Both the position numbers and the translations under genes were made by a program. A stretch of DNA of 64,000 bases, taken from assembly GCA_963696385.1 (NCBI GenBank), contig CAVOKF010000008.1, positions 96,001 through 160,000 of the forward strand, written 5' to 3'. Source of the DNA: an uncultured delta proteobacterium. GTDB lineage: Bacteria; Myxococcota_A; Polyangia; Polyangiales; Polyangiaceae. Positions 18,619 to 29,328 of this stretch are shown here, one piece after another; position 1 is the first letter of the stretch, and each line of letters begins with the position of its first letter. The notes beneath the pieces were generated by a model. That model made no database searches, was not told where the DNA came from, and worked only from the letters and a program-made list of their open reading frames with translations.

Positions 18619-21600
18619 CTATGCGACGGCGTCGATGCGGCCTTCGCGGGGATCGCGAAAGTCTTCGGACGACCGCGTGCCTCTTTGGGATGGCAGGTCG
18701 TTGATCTTGACGCTCACGATCTTCGAAATGCCCGCCTCCGGCATCGTCACTCCGTACAGCACGTCGACCATCTGCATCGTGCGCTTGATGTGCGTGATGA
18801 GGATGAACTGGGAACGGTCGGTCATGGATCGGACCAATTCGTTGTAGCGGGCGACGTTGGCTTCATCGAGAGGGGCATCGACCTCGTCCAGGATGCAGAA
18901 CGGCGACGGCTTAATCTGGAATATGGCAAATACCAAGCTTACCGCCGTAAGTGCCTTTTCGCCGCCGCTCATGAGCTCGATGTTCGACAGTTTCTTGCCG
19001 GGGGGCTGTGCCACGATGTCGATTCCGGTCTCGAGCAGATCGTTCGGGTCGGTCATCCGCAGCTCGCCACGGCCGCCGCGGAACATCCGGGGAAATATTT
19101 CACGGAAGCGCTCGTTCACGGCCTGGAACGTTTCTTCGAATAGACGTCGAGATTCGCGATTCATCTGGCCAATCGCCCGCTGCAGATCGGCAAGAGCCTT
19201 GTCCAGATCCGCCTTCTGCGTCGTGTAGAAGACGAACCGCTGCTCGGCATCGGCGTGCTCGCGCATTGCGTCGAGATTGACGCTTCCCATGCGTTCGAGA
19301 AGCCGCGCCAACTCGTCGATGCGGGCGCGGGACATCTCGTCGGGCGGTGGCCGCAGGTGGTAGTCGCCGACGACGTGCGGAAGATGGACGCCTCGGAACT
19401 TGTCGGCGGTCGAGGCGAGCAGGTGATCCATCGCGATCTGATTCTCGCGACGCGCAATCTCGTGCGTCTGAAGCTCTTCACGCGCGGCCTCGACGCGAGC
19501 GCGAATCTCCTTCAGGTTCCGCTCCTGATCGACGAACGCCGCGCGCAGCAGTTCGAAGGCGGAACGCGTGTGATTCACTTGGTCGGCCGCGTGGAGCGCG
19601 CCATCGAGTGCGCCCTGAAGCTGTTCCTTGTGGATGACAAGGTGTGCCGCCGTTTCGCCGAACGTCCTGGCGTTGGCGACCAACTCGTCCGAGATGCGGG
19701 CCGCGCGCTCATCGAGCTCCGCCGCGCTTCGGGACAGCCTGGTCTCGGTGCCCCGCGCCGCGGCCAGCCGTTCGCGCGTCCCCGCGACCGCGACCTTGAT
19801 CGCCATGACGACCTGGCGTTGCGCATCCAGCCGCTGCCTGGCTTCCGATAGGGCGGCGTCGGCGTCGGCTAGCTCCTGCTGACTGATCTCGACTTGCGCG
19901 CTGCCGTCCGCCACGACACGCGCGGCTTCATCGCGCTCGAAGCCGGCCTCTTCGATCGCGCGCTCGAGCTCGGCGTCCTCGCGCAGCAGCGACGCCATCC
20001 GGCGCATCACCGACTCGAGCTCGCCCTCGGCCTTTTGCAGGTCCTTCTCCGCCCCAACCAGGGCGATCTCGCGCGTATGCGCCTCGTGACGCACGCGGTC
20101 GAGCGCGGCGATCGTCTGCGCCATCTCGCTGCGCGATGCCATGAGCCCTTCCAGGTGGCGAGAGACCACCCGATCGAGCTGGTCGATTTCTTCCGACAGG
20201 GCGCGCGCTTCGCGCTTGCCCTCCAGCAGGCCGGCCGCCAGTTCGTCACCCTGGCCCCCTTCGATGAGGCCGTCGCCATGCAACACGGATCCATCGGTCG
20301 TGACCAGTGTGGCGACGAAACCAGCGGCGCGAAGACGCATCGCGATCGAGAGGTCCCGGACGACGACCGCGTCGCCGACGAGTGCGCGCACCCATGCCTC
20401 GTCTTCGACCGCGTAGCGGATGCCCTCGACGAGCCGCCCGACGACGCCCTCGTCCTCGGGCGCCGCCGCACCGGATCCGGCGACACAGGGCGGGTGGAGG
20501 GGCACGAGGGTCGCCCGTCCACTGCGCTTTTGACCGAGATCCTCGAGAAGAGCCACGCCCCGATCCACATCCCGAACCACCACGGCTTGTAGCCGCGCAC
20601 CGAGCAGCCCCGCGAGCGCCAAGGTCAGATGCTCGGCAGCCTCTATGCGATCCGCGACGAGACCGGCGACGCAGGCGTCGCGCGTACGGACGAGCGATTG
20701 CGGGCCAATCCCCACACCCTCCAGGCGCGCGTGCACTTCTTCGAGCGCCCCGAGGCGCGAGCGCTTCCGGGACAAATCGGCCTTGCGTTCCTCGAACGCG
20801 CGCTCCTGGCCCGCGATGGCACCCTTCAGCTCCCCCAGGCGCAAATCGAGCGACGCCTTGGCCGCCTCCGCCGTCTCGCGCTGCGAACGGGAGTCGCTGA
20901 CCGAACCATCGAGATCGCCGACCCGCGCTTGCAGGTCGAGTCGGCTCGCCTCGAGGGTCCGACGCTCTTCGCACAAGCGATCGCGGCGGGCCTCCATTTC
21001 GGACCGGCGCCGTTCGAATCCGGCCAGGCTCGCCTCCGCCCGCGCGATCTCGGTGCGCGCGCTGGCGATTCTTTGCCGGCGCTCGGTCGCACGCGCGTCC
21101 GCGATGCGGTGTGCCGTGAGGTAGTCGTCCAACGCCCGCTCCCTCTCGCCGACCAAGAGGGCCTGCTCGGTTTCCGCTTCTTCGAGAAATCGAAGTTCGG
21201 CCGTCACGGTCTGGCGCTCGATCGCGAGCCTATCCGCTTGCGCGGACATCTCGCCCCTTTCGCCCTCGGCTTGCTGCTCGCGTTGCGTCAGAAGGACGAG
21301 CCGGTCCCGAGATTCGAGCGATGGCGGCTTCCTCCGCTCGGACGGCGTTCGCGGCCGCGAAGCTCGTGTTCGTGGCCTCCTCGAGACGCGCTTCGGCGTC
21401 ATGCAAAGGGTGGCGCGCGGCCTCGTGGTCCGCTTCGCCCAGCGCGAGGTCGCCCCTCTCGCGCTCGAACACCTCCGAAGCTCGTGCAACCTCGGCCGTC
21501 TCGAGTTTGATCCAGCCGATGAGTTCGAGGTAGCGGTTCACCGACTCGTGCAACTGCAGGTCTTCGACCTCCTTGCGGTACGCCACGTAGCGCTCCGCCT

Positions 21601-22243
21601 TTGCGGCCTGTCTCTTGAGCGATCCGATCGTGCGTTCGATCTCGGCAACGATGTCGCCGACCCGCAGAAGATTCTGCTGAGTGAGCTCCATCTTTTTTTC
21701 CGCTTGTTTCTTTCGCGCCTTGAACTTCGTGATGCCCGCCGCTTCTTCGATGAGCAGCCGCCGCTCCTCCGGTCGGGCGCTCACGATCAAGCCCACTTTG
21801 CCCTGTTCGACGATCGCGTAGGCCTTCGTGCCTGCGCCGGTGCCGAGAAAGAGATCGGTCACGTCACGCAACCGAACCGCCGTCTTGTTGATGAGATATT
21901 CGCCGTCGCCCGATCGGTGGAGCCGGCGCGTCACCGCGATTTCGCCGTACTCCTTGTATTCGAGCGGCATTTCTTCGGGGACGTCGTTTTCGAACGTGAG
22001 CGTGACCTCGGCGTAGTCGTGAGGAGATCGGGACTCGCTGCCGCTGAAGATGACGTCGTCCATCGACCGGCCGCGCAGATGCCGAGCACTCTGCTCGCCC
22101 ATGCACCAGCGAATCGCATCGACGATGTTCGACTTGCCGCACCCGTTCGGCCCGACGATGCCAAGCACGTCGTGATCGAAGTGCAAGACGGTTCGGTCGA
22201 CGAATGACTTGAAGCCGATGAGCTCGACCTTCTTGATTTTCAT
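18619..22243 (-). CDS. smc: Chromosome segregation protein SMC, split by a +1 frameshift near 21313
   Basis: [14 protein letters not shown] Walker A; hinge; [19 protein letters not shown]; frames join as [12 protein letters not shown] if one A is removed. Confidence 0.95.
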
Positions 22244-22447
22244 CCTGAGACCTCTTCACGCCATGGACATGTCACTTCACATATGGTCATGGCTAAGGCT
22301 CATCTGTATCGCCCTTCGCCTGTTCAGTTCAAGGAGAATGGACCCATGGGACGCCGAGGTGTCCGCCGGGATGGCTGGCTCCGATCGGTCCGGTTCCGAT
22401 GGACTTGCACTCGCTCTTGGGACCGGTCTGGCACTCCGCGGACCGGT

Positions 22448-22474
22448 CTGGCACTCCGCTTGACAGAGTGCCAA
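22448..22474 (+). promoter_or_regulatory. CIRCE-like HrcA operator with TTGACA in the spacer
   Basis: CTGGCACTC-CGCTTGACA-GAGTGCCAA versus consensus TTAGCACTC-N9-GAGTGCTAA; 22 nt upstream of the FmdB-family ATG. Confidence 0.8.
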
Positions 22475-22496
22475 ACCGGTCATATCGGTTCTTGTC

Positions 22497-22862
22497 ATGC
22501 CGACCTACGAGTACGCATGCTCGGCGTGCGGCCACCAATGGGAGCAAATTCAGCGAATTACCGAGGGGCCCATCGACCTTTGTCCCAAGTGCGCCCAGTC
22601 CTCGGCATACCGGCTCATCAGCGGAGGCACGAACTTCATTCTGAAGGGTGGAGGTTGGTATTCCGACCTTTACTCGTCGCCCAAGGCGCAGGCCAAGAAC
22701 TCCGCCGAAGGCGCGGCCGCCTCTTCGGAACCAACGGCTGCGACCGGTAAGGCGGCGGAGGGCAAACCCGCGGAAGGCAAGGCGGCACCGACCGCACCGG
22801 CGTCCCCCGCAAAGCCTGCGACTCCCACTCCGCCTGCAACGCCCCCCGCTGCTTCGAGTTGA
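22497..22862 (+). CDS. FmdB-family zinc-ribbon protein with Ala/Pro-rich tail
   Basis: MPTYEYACSACGH...CPKC...FILKGGGWYSDLY. Confidence 0.92.
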   Translation: MPTYEYACSACGHQWEQIQRITEGPIDLCPKCAQSSAYRLISGGTNFILKGGGWYSDLYSSPKAQAKNSAEGAAASSEPTAATGKAAEGKPAEGKAAPTAPASPAKPATPTPPATPPAASS

Positions 22863-23434
22863 CATTCGGCCTCCCCGCGTGGGCCGGGGCAAGCCCGCCC
22901 GTGACGATGGCGTCGCGACACGCCGAAGACGGCGTGCCGGACGTGCGTGTCGCTCATCCCGAGCAGGCGCCCGACCCGAGCGTACACGAGGGTCATGACG
23001 CGCCCGTCCGGCGGCGAAGCGATCGCGGCGAGATCGTTTTCCCACAGGCGAGCCTCGTCGGCGAAATCGAGCGTCGAGACTTGAGCGCCGAACACCTGTT
23101 CCAGATGCGGGTCGACCCGCTTGCGGCCGCACAGCCAGCGCTTTGCGCACAAGGCTCCGCGCGCGAGCTGGTGGAAGCGCGACATCGCCACCATCCACGG
23201 CTCCGCATCGCGTGCTCCGGACGCCACCTCGCCCAGATCCGAGATTCGCCTGCGAATGTCGTCGAGCTCCAGATCGTCGATTTCGCGCAACGCACCGGGA
23301 AAGCGTTTGGCGAGGACGATCATCCGAGATCGGGCTTGCGCGGGGGTCTCGCCTCCGGACGCGTGCGCGACCCGCATCTCCAACATTTCGATGTATTTGC
23401 CCCTCAGTTCATGGGCTTCGCGGGTCGCTAGCAC
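22670..23434 (-). CDS. Hypothetical protein (3' end overlaps the FmdB gene antisense; ends uncertain)
   Basis: Protein-like segment KYIEMLEMR...RFPGALREIDDLELDDIRRRI...LCAKRWL with GC3 bias. Confidence 0.5.
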   Translation of the reverse strand: MLATREAHELRGKYIEMLEMRVAHASGGETPAQARSRMIVLAKRFPGALREIDDLELDDIRRRISDLGEVASGARDAEPWMVAMSRFHQLARGALCAKRWLCGRKRVDPHLEQVFGAQVSTLDFADEARLWENDLAAIASPPDGRVMTLVYARVGRLLGMSDTHVRHAVFGVSRRHRHGRACPGPRGEAECQLEAAGGVAGGVGVAGFAGDAGAVGAALPSAGLPSAALPVAAVGSEEAAAPSAEFLACALGDE

Positions 23435-23490
23435 TCCGAGAATCGTACGGCATGTGACAGCCGATGGCCCAACGGTTAGTTTGTCGATCC

Positions 23491-24564
23491 GTGGCGGACG
23501 ACAAGCGCGAGGACGTGGAAGAAGTCCGTCGCCAGATGGGTGAGATCGACCGCCAAATGCTGGCGCTGGTCGACCGCCGCGCGCGGGCCGCGCGGCGCAT
23601 CGCAGAGCTCCGCAAGGGGCAGCCGCCCGGGCTTCCCGTGAACGATCCCGCGGCGATCCGCGAGCTCGTGGCGCACTCGAGCGGCGACCTTGCGGAAGAG
23701 CCACTCCGGGAGATCTTCCGAACCATTTTTGCCGCGTGTCTCGCGCTCGAGCTTCCGGCCGCCGTCGCCTTCGTCGGATTGGACGGGGATGCGGCCAGCT
23801 GCACGGCCGAAGGAAGGTTCGGATCGACTTCCCCTCTCAAGGGATTCGAGACGACCGAGGCGGCGCTCGAAGAAGTCGCCCGACGACGGGCAGAATTTGC
23901 GGTGGTTCCGTTCGAAACATCGACCGACGGGCCCGTCCGGTCGACGATCGCGGGGCTCGTGGCGAGCGATCTGCGCGTCGTCGAAGTCATCGATGCGAGT
24001 TTCGATTTGCAGGTGATGAGCCGGACCGGCCATCTCGCGGACGTCGGGACGATTTACGCGACCCCGATCGATCGCGCATCGTGCCGGCAGGCGCTCGGCG
24101 AAATGGCGCCTCGGTTCGCCGCTCTGGACGTCACGACGCCGGTTTTGGCCTGCCAACGCGCGGCCGAGGATCCTGCAGGTGCAGCCATCGCGATCGAAAA
24201 GGTCGGCGCAAAGATCGGACTGCGCGTCGTGCGTCGCGGCGTCGCGGACGAAGGCGGCGCACGCATTCGCTTCGCGGTCGTCGGCAGTCGCCCGTCCAGG
24301 CGCACGTCGAACGACGTGACCTCCTTCGTTTTCAGCGTCCAGGGACCGTCGGGATCCTTGCTCGATGTGCTCAAGGTCTTCGCCGAGCGGGGTGTGAATC
24401 TGACCAAGATTCAGAGCCATCCGCTCAAGGGCGAGGCGTACAATTACCTTTTTTATGCGGAGACCCTCGGGCACTTCACCGATCGCCCACTCATCATCGT
24501 GTTCGAAGAGCTCCGACGCGTGACTCGGTTCTTCAAACTCCTGGGATCGTACCCGGCGGCGTAA
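23491..24564 (+). CDS. pheA: Chorismate mutase / prephenate dehydratase-like protein (CM-PDT-ACT), motifs degenerate
   Basis: AroQ-like N-terminus (VRRQMGEIDRQMLALVDRR), VVPFETSTDG, ACT GSLLDVLKVFAERGVNLTKIQSHP, LLGSYP. Confidence 0.75.
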   Translation: MADDKREDVEEVRRQMGEIDRQMLALVDRRARAARRIAELRKGQPPGLPVNDPAAIRELVAHSSGDLAEEPLREIFRTIFAACLALELPAAVAFVGLDGDAASCTAEGRFGSTSPLKGFETTEAALEEVARRRAEFAVVPFETSTDGPVRSTIAGLVASDLRVVEVIDASFDLQVMSRTGHLADVGTIYATPIDRASCRQALGEMAPRFAALDVTTPVLACQRAAEDPAGAAIAIEKVGAKIGLRVVRRGVADEGGARIRFAVVGSRPSRRTSNDVTSFVFSVQGPSGSLLDVLKVFAERGVNLTKIQSHPLKGEAYNYLFYAETLGHFTDRPLIIVFEELRRVTRFFKLLGSYPAA

Positions 24565-24570
24565 TGCACC

Positions 24571-24676
24571 GAGGTCTGGGGCCGCGGTCGGGGTCGGGGA
24601 AGTCGGGGTCGGGGTGGTCGGGGTCGGGGTGGTCGGGGTCGCGGTCGGGGTTGGGGTTGTTGGGGTCGCGGTCGCG
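24571..24676. repeat. G-rich (GGGGTC)n-type tract, reverse complement of the CGACCN family
   Basis: GGGGTC/GCGGTC/GGGGTT units with 9-nt variants, directly after the pheA stop. Confidence 0.9.
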
Positions 24677-24720
24677 CGGCAGCCGGTCCAAGGCGAAAAA
24701 GACGGTGCTATAGAAGCCGC

Positions 24721-25419
24721 GTGACCGAGTCGTCGCGCACTCGTCCCATCATCGCGATCGACGGACCCGCCGGCGCCGGAAAAAGTACCGTGGCGAAGCG
24801 GTTGGCGGATGCGCTCGGCTTCGTTCTCGTCGATACGGGCGCACTGTACCGCGCCGTCGCGCTCGCGGCGAAGACCGCGCACGTCGCCTGGGACGATGCG
24901 GTTGCCGTGGGCACCCTGGCTCGATCGCTCGTGGATGGTCAAGCCATCGCCTTCGACCGCGACGGGGGACCCGACATGCGGGTGGTCCTTCATGGGCGCG
25001 ACGTGACCGAAGCCATTCGTGCGCCGGACATCGCCATGGGAGCCAGCACGGTCTCGGCGCATCCCCAGGTTCGAGAGGCACTTCTCGCCCTGCAGCGGCA
25101 GTTCGGACGACTCGGCGGCGTCGTTCTGGAGGGTCGCGACATCGGAACGGTCGTATTTCCCCATGCCGACATCAAGTTTTTCCTGACGGCGCGACCCGAG
25201 GTGAGGGCTCGGCGCCGGTTCGACGAACTGGCCGCCAAGGGGGTGACGACCACCTTCGACGAGACGTTGGCCGACGTGCGCCGAAGAGACGATCAGGATT
25301 CGACACGCCCTATCGCGCCGCTCCGGAAAGCGCCGGACGCGATGCTCGTCGACAGCTCGGATCTGGGCATCGAAGAGACGGTCGCCCGCATGGTCGGTCG
25401 GGTCCGGGGGAGTGCCTGA
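24721..25419 (+). CDS. cmk: Cytidylate kinase
   Basis: IAIDGPAGAGKSTVAK, DTGALYRA, EGRDIGTVVFP, RRDDQDSTR. Confidence 0.96.
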   Translation: MTESSRTRPIIAIDGPAGAGKSTVAKRLADALGFVLVDTGALYRAVALAAKTAHVAWDDAVAVGTLARSLVDGQAIAFDRDGGPDMRVVLHGRDVTEAIRAPDIAMGASTVSAHPQVREALLALQRQFGRLGGVVLEGRDIGTVVFPHADIKFFLTARPEVRARRRFDELAAKGVTTTFDETLADVRRRDDQDSTRPIAPLRKAPDAMLVDSSDLGIEETVARMVGRVRGSA

Positions 25420-25560
25420 GCTCCGGACATGTTGGCGCAACGAGGATTTCAAGGTTTATGGCCTCTCGGAAGGCGCGGAAGACGAGCGCTGCCGCGGCAT
25501 ACTGAGGAGGAACCACGCCGCGAGAGGCGGGAAAGCCGCAGAACGCCGATGGGACCCAAC

Positions 25561-26601
25561 ATGTTCGGTGCTGTAGAGTCGAGCCTATCCGGCGCCGCCG
25601 TCCGGGCGTGCATGGCTGCGGCGCTGCTTTCGTGCGGCGGCGCACGATCCCCGATCCCCGCCCGCGCCACGCCGAATCTCGACCCGCAGTGGCAGGATGT
25701 CTTCGACACCCCGCCGATGATTCTGGTCGCCGTCCGGCCGGATGCCCTGCGGCGCGACACGGTGTACGGCCCGCTGTTGCGCCGGGTGCTGGAGCTGGCG
25801 CGTGAGCGCAGCCGGATCGTGACGGCGACCCGGATGATCGACGCCATCGTCGGGGCCGACGAGGTGCTCGTGGGCCTCGACTCCGGCGGGCCCGAGCCGA
25901 CCGGAGACGGCGATCTGGTCGTAGTCGTCATCGGCGTTCGCGCGGATGTGGATCCCGCAGAGATCGTCGACGCCGACGGATACCCGCAGTGGTCGCCGGG
26001 ACCGAGTGGCCAGGTCCGTGAACTCGTCCGTCAGCGCGACGAGACGGGGCAGCCGATCGAGGCGTCCCTCTTCGAATTGCCGGGCCGCACCTGGGTCATC
26101 GCTTCGGGCCCGGAGCGCGATCGGGTTCGCGACGTGTTCGCGCGACCGCGAGGCCGCAAGGACCCCGTCGCCCTGGATCCGGACGCTCTGGCTCTGCTGC
26201 GGATGGACGGACGCTCGCTCGTCTCCCGGGTGCCCGTACTGCGGCCGCCGTCGGCGCTGTCGGCCGTCGGCCGTGCCATGCGATCGCTCACCCTGGAGCT
26301 CACGGCACGAACGACGACGCCGGTGCGCGCGATCCTCGATTACGCGGCGCCGGACGAAGCCCGCGAAGCCGAGCTGGCCGTGCGCACCACGATCGACGCC
26401 ATCCGGCGCGAGAAGCCTGCGCGCCTGGGATGGCTCGGAGAGGCGACCGTCGACCGAGCCGACGCAGGGACGCGCGTGACCGTCGCGGTGGCTTTGCCCG
26501 CGGGACTCGCGGCCGGCCTGTTGGGCCGTTCGGGTGCCCTGAACGAGTCGGGGGCGGCACCTCATGCGGTGAGCAAGCCGGCGCAGCGTGACGCAATGTA
26601 G
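25561..26601 (+). CDS. Hypothetical lipoprotein
   Basis: Lipobox-like AALLSCGG; long GC3-biased ORF; start uncertain. Confidence 0.6.
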   Translation: MFGAVESSLSGAAVRACMAAALLSCGGARSPIPARATPNLDPQWQDVFDTPPMILVAVRPDALRRDTVYGPLLRRVLELARERSRIVTATRMIDAIVGADEVLVGLDSGGPEPTGDGDLVVVVIGVRADVDPAEIVDADGYPQWSPGPSGQVRELVRQRDETGQPIEASLFELPGRTWVIASGPERDRVRDVFARPRGRKDPVALDPDALALLRMDGRSLVSRVPVLRPPSALSAVGRAMRSLTLELTARTTTPVRAILDYAAPDEAREAELAVRTTIDAIRREKPARLGWLGEATVDRADAGTRVTVAVALPAGLAAGLLGRSGALNESGAAPHAVSKPAQRDAM

Positions 26602-26776
26602 CCGTTCGGCGTCCGAAGACGCCTACGCCCCTTTGACAGCACTGGTTTCGCGCGCTACACGCCCGGGTCCGGAAACTCGTGGTGGGGATTGGTCCGTCCT
26701 CCGCCGCAAGCGAGCTCCGCACCCCACTCACGCGTGCTCGCACGCATCGCGGACCGTCGAGGAATTTCCCGAACCC

Positions 26777-28622
26777 ATGTCGACCGAGACCCCCACAGCC
26801 CTGAGCTTCGCAGGCAAAACGACGGAGCAGACGGGAAGCCAAGCCGATAGCTTCGCCAGTCTTTTCGAGGCCAGCATCAGCGCCGGCGACTTCGGCAAAG
26901 AAGGCGAGATTGTCCGAGGTACGGTTGTCGCCGTTCAGCGCGACAACGTCGTCATCGACATCGGTGGCAAAAGCGAAGGGGTCATTGCCCTGAGCGAATT
27001 CTTGGACGCCCAGGGGCAGCCAAGCGTCAAGCCGGGCGATCAGATCGACGTCTACATCGAGAGCCGAGAAAACGACGACGGCCTCGTCATGCTTTCCAAG
27101 GAGAAAGCGGACAAGATGAAGGTCTGGGATGAGATTTCGGCCGCGTGCGAGCGCGACGAACTCATCGAGGGGACCATCAGCCAGCGGGTGAAGGGCGGCC
27201 TCTCCGTGACCATCCGCGGCGGCGTGAAAGCGTTCTTGCCTGGATCGCAAGTCGATCTGCGGCCGATCCGCAACTTGGACAAGCTCATCGGGCAGACCTA
27301 CGAATTCAAAGTCATCAAATTCAACAAGAAGCGTGGCAACATCGTTCTGTCACGCCGCGTGCTGCTCGAGAGGGAGCGCGATCGAGCAGAAGACGAAGAC
27401 TCTCGAGACCTTGGAAGAGGGCAAGGTCGTCCGCGGCGTCATCAAGAACATCACCGAGTACGGCGCCTTCGTCGACTTGGGCGGCATCGACGGACTTTTG
27501 CACATTACGGACATGAGCTGGGGCCGCGTCAATCATCCCTCGGAGCTCTTCCAAGTCGGCGACGAAGTCACGGTGCGTGTCCTCAAGTACAACCCGGAAA
27601 CCGAGCGCGTCTCGCTGGGACTGAAGCAAACTCAGGAAGATCCTTGGAGCCACGCCGAGGAGGCGTTTCCACCCGGCAAGAAGGTGCGGGGCAAGGTTCA
27701 ATCGATCACCGACTACGGCGCGTTCGTCGAGCTCGAGCCGGGCGTCGAGGGACTCATCCACGTGAGCGAGATGTCGTGGACCAAGAAGGTCAAGCATCCG
27801 AGCAAGGTTCTCGAAATCGGACGGGAGCTCGAGTGCCAGGTTCTCGAGGTCGACGCCAAGAGCAAGCGAATCAGCCTCGGTCTCAAGCAGCTCGAGCCCG
27901 ACCCTTGGACGATCTTCACGGAAAAGTACAAGCCGGGCGACAAGATTTCGGGCAAGGTGCGCAGCATCACCGACTACGGCGTGTTCATCGGGGTCGAAGA
28001 AGGCGTCGATGGCATGGTCCACAAGAGCGACATCTCGTGGACCGCGAAGGTCAACAACCCGAGCGATCTTTACAAGAAGGGCGACGACGTCGAAGCCATC
28101 ATCCTCAGCATCAACCACGACGAGAAGAAAGTCAGCCTCGGGGTCAAGCAGCTCTGGGACGACCCGTGGCCCACGATCTTCAACGATTTGCCCCCCGGCA
28201 AGGTCGTCTCTTGCAAAGTGCTCAGCGTCGTCGACTACGGCGTTTTCGTTCACGTGCGCGACGGCGTCGAGGGGCTCATTCCGCAGAACGACCTGGTCCT
28301 CGCCAAAGACGAGACGGGAAAGGACAAGACGCTTCGCGCCGGCGATGAGCTCGAGGCCGAGATCGCGAACATCGACACGCAGGAGCGGCGCATCACGCTG
28401 TCGATGAAGCACGGCGAGCCCGCGCCCGTATCGGCCGCAACGACGAGCAGCGAGGCCAAGCCGGCGGCCGCCGCGCCTCGGACGAACACCAAGGCGCCGA
28501 AGAAGACCGCGGCCGCCGAGGCCCTCGGAGGCACCATCGGAGAGCTCATCAAGCAGAAGCTCGGCAACAAGCTCGCCACGATCGGTACCGAGAAGAAGGA
28601 CGACGAGAAGAAGGACGAATGA
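26777..28622 (+). CDS. rpsA: 30S ribosomal protein S1, split by a +1 frameshift near 27383
   Basis: Repeated S1 domains (AFLPGSQVD, YGAFVDLGGIDGLLHITDMSW, GVEGLIHVSEMSW); frames join as LERERD|EQKTKTL. Confidence 0.96.
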
Positions 28623-28737
28623 GTCGGGGCGGCGGGCGCGCGGACGAGCGCGCCCGGACGCCTCCATCCAAACCGGCGGACGGCCGCATGTTACGGGTCC
28701 GGAACCGCCCGAACCGACGCGAGTGAGCGGCGAGACC

Positions 28738-29313
28738 ATGTCCGAACGGCTTTGGGCTCCTTGGCGGATGGAATACATCCTGCGGGACAAGGACAGCGGG
28801 CAGGCCTGCATATTCTGCCATCTCGCCGCGATTGCGCCGTCCGCGTTTCGCGACAAGCTCGTCCTGGTCGTCCAGCCCCACGCATTCGTTTGTCTGAACC
28901 GGTACCCGTTCGCCGGTTCTCACGTGCTGGTCGTGCCGCGCGCCCACACGTCGAACCTCGACGAGCTGTCCAACGACGCCTACGTGGCTCTCCTGACGCT
29001 GGTGCGCGAGTCGGTCGCCCGGGTCCGTCGGGCCACCGAGGCGGAAGGAATCAACGTCGGGCTGAACCTCGGCAAGGCGGCGGGCGCGGGGATCGCCGAG
29101 CATCTGCACTGGCACGTCGTGCCCCGATGGGCCGGGGATTCGAACTTCATGCCCGTCGTCGCCGACGTGCGGATCATGCCGGAGTACCTCGACCACTCGT
29201 GGCAGCGGCTCGAGCCTTGGTTCGCCGATCTGTCGGGAGAGCACCCGGTTGACCCGACACCTTCCGAGTCCGCGCTGCGATCGGTCCCCGTACGGCCGAA
29301 CGATCGGAGATAG
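28738..29313 (+). CDS. HIT-family hydrolase (Ap4A phosphorylase/Fhit-like)
   Basis: LWAPWRMEYI, CIFC, LNRYPF, AGAGIAEHLHWHVVPRW. Confidence 0.92.
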   Translation: MSERLWAPWRMEYILRDKDSGQACIFCHLAAIAPSAFRDKLVLVVQPHAFVCLNRYPFAGSHVLVVPRAHTSNLDELSNDAYVALLTLVRESVARVRRATEAEGINVGLNLGKAAGAGIAEHLHWHVVPRWAGDSNFMPVVADVRIMPEYLDHSWQRLEPWFADLSGEHPVDPTPSESALRSVPVRPNDRR

Positions 29314-29328
29314 CGCGACCGAACGGTT

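Noticed and set aside
18358..18847. RGRGRG, DLDLDP and TSTSTP low-complexity ORFs
   Set aside because: Translations of the non-coding hexamer tract in different frames
21230..27400. smc and rpsA as pseudogenes or programmed frameshifts
   Set aside because: Housekeeping genes with otherwise intact motifs and no slippery heptamer; sequencing error is more parsimonious
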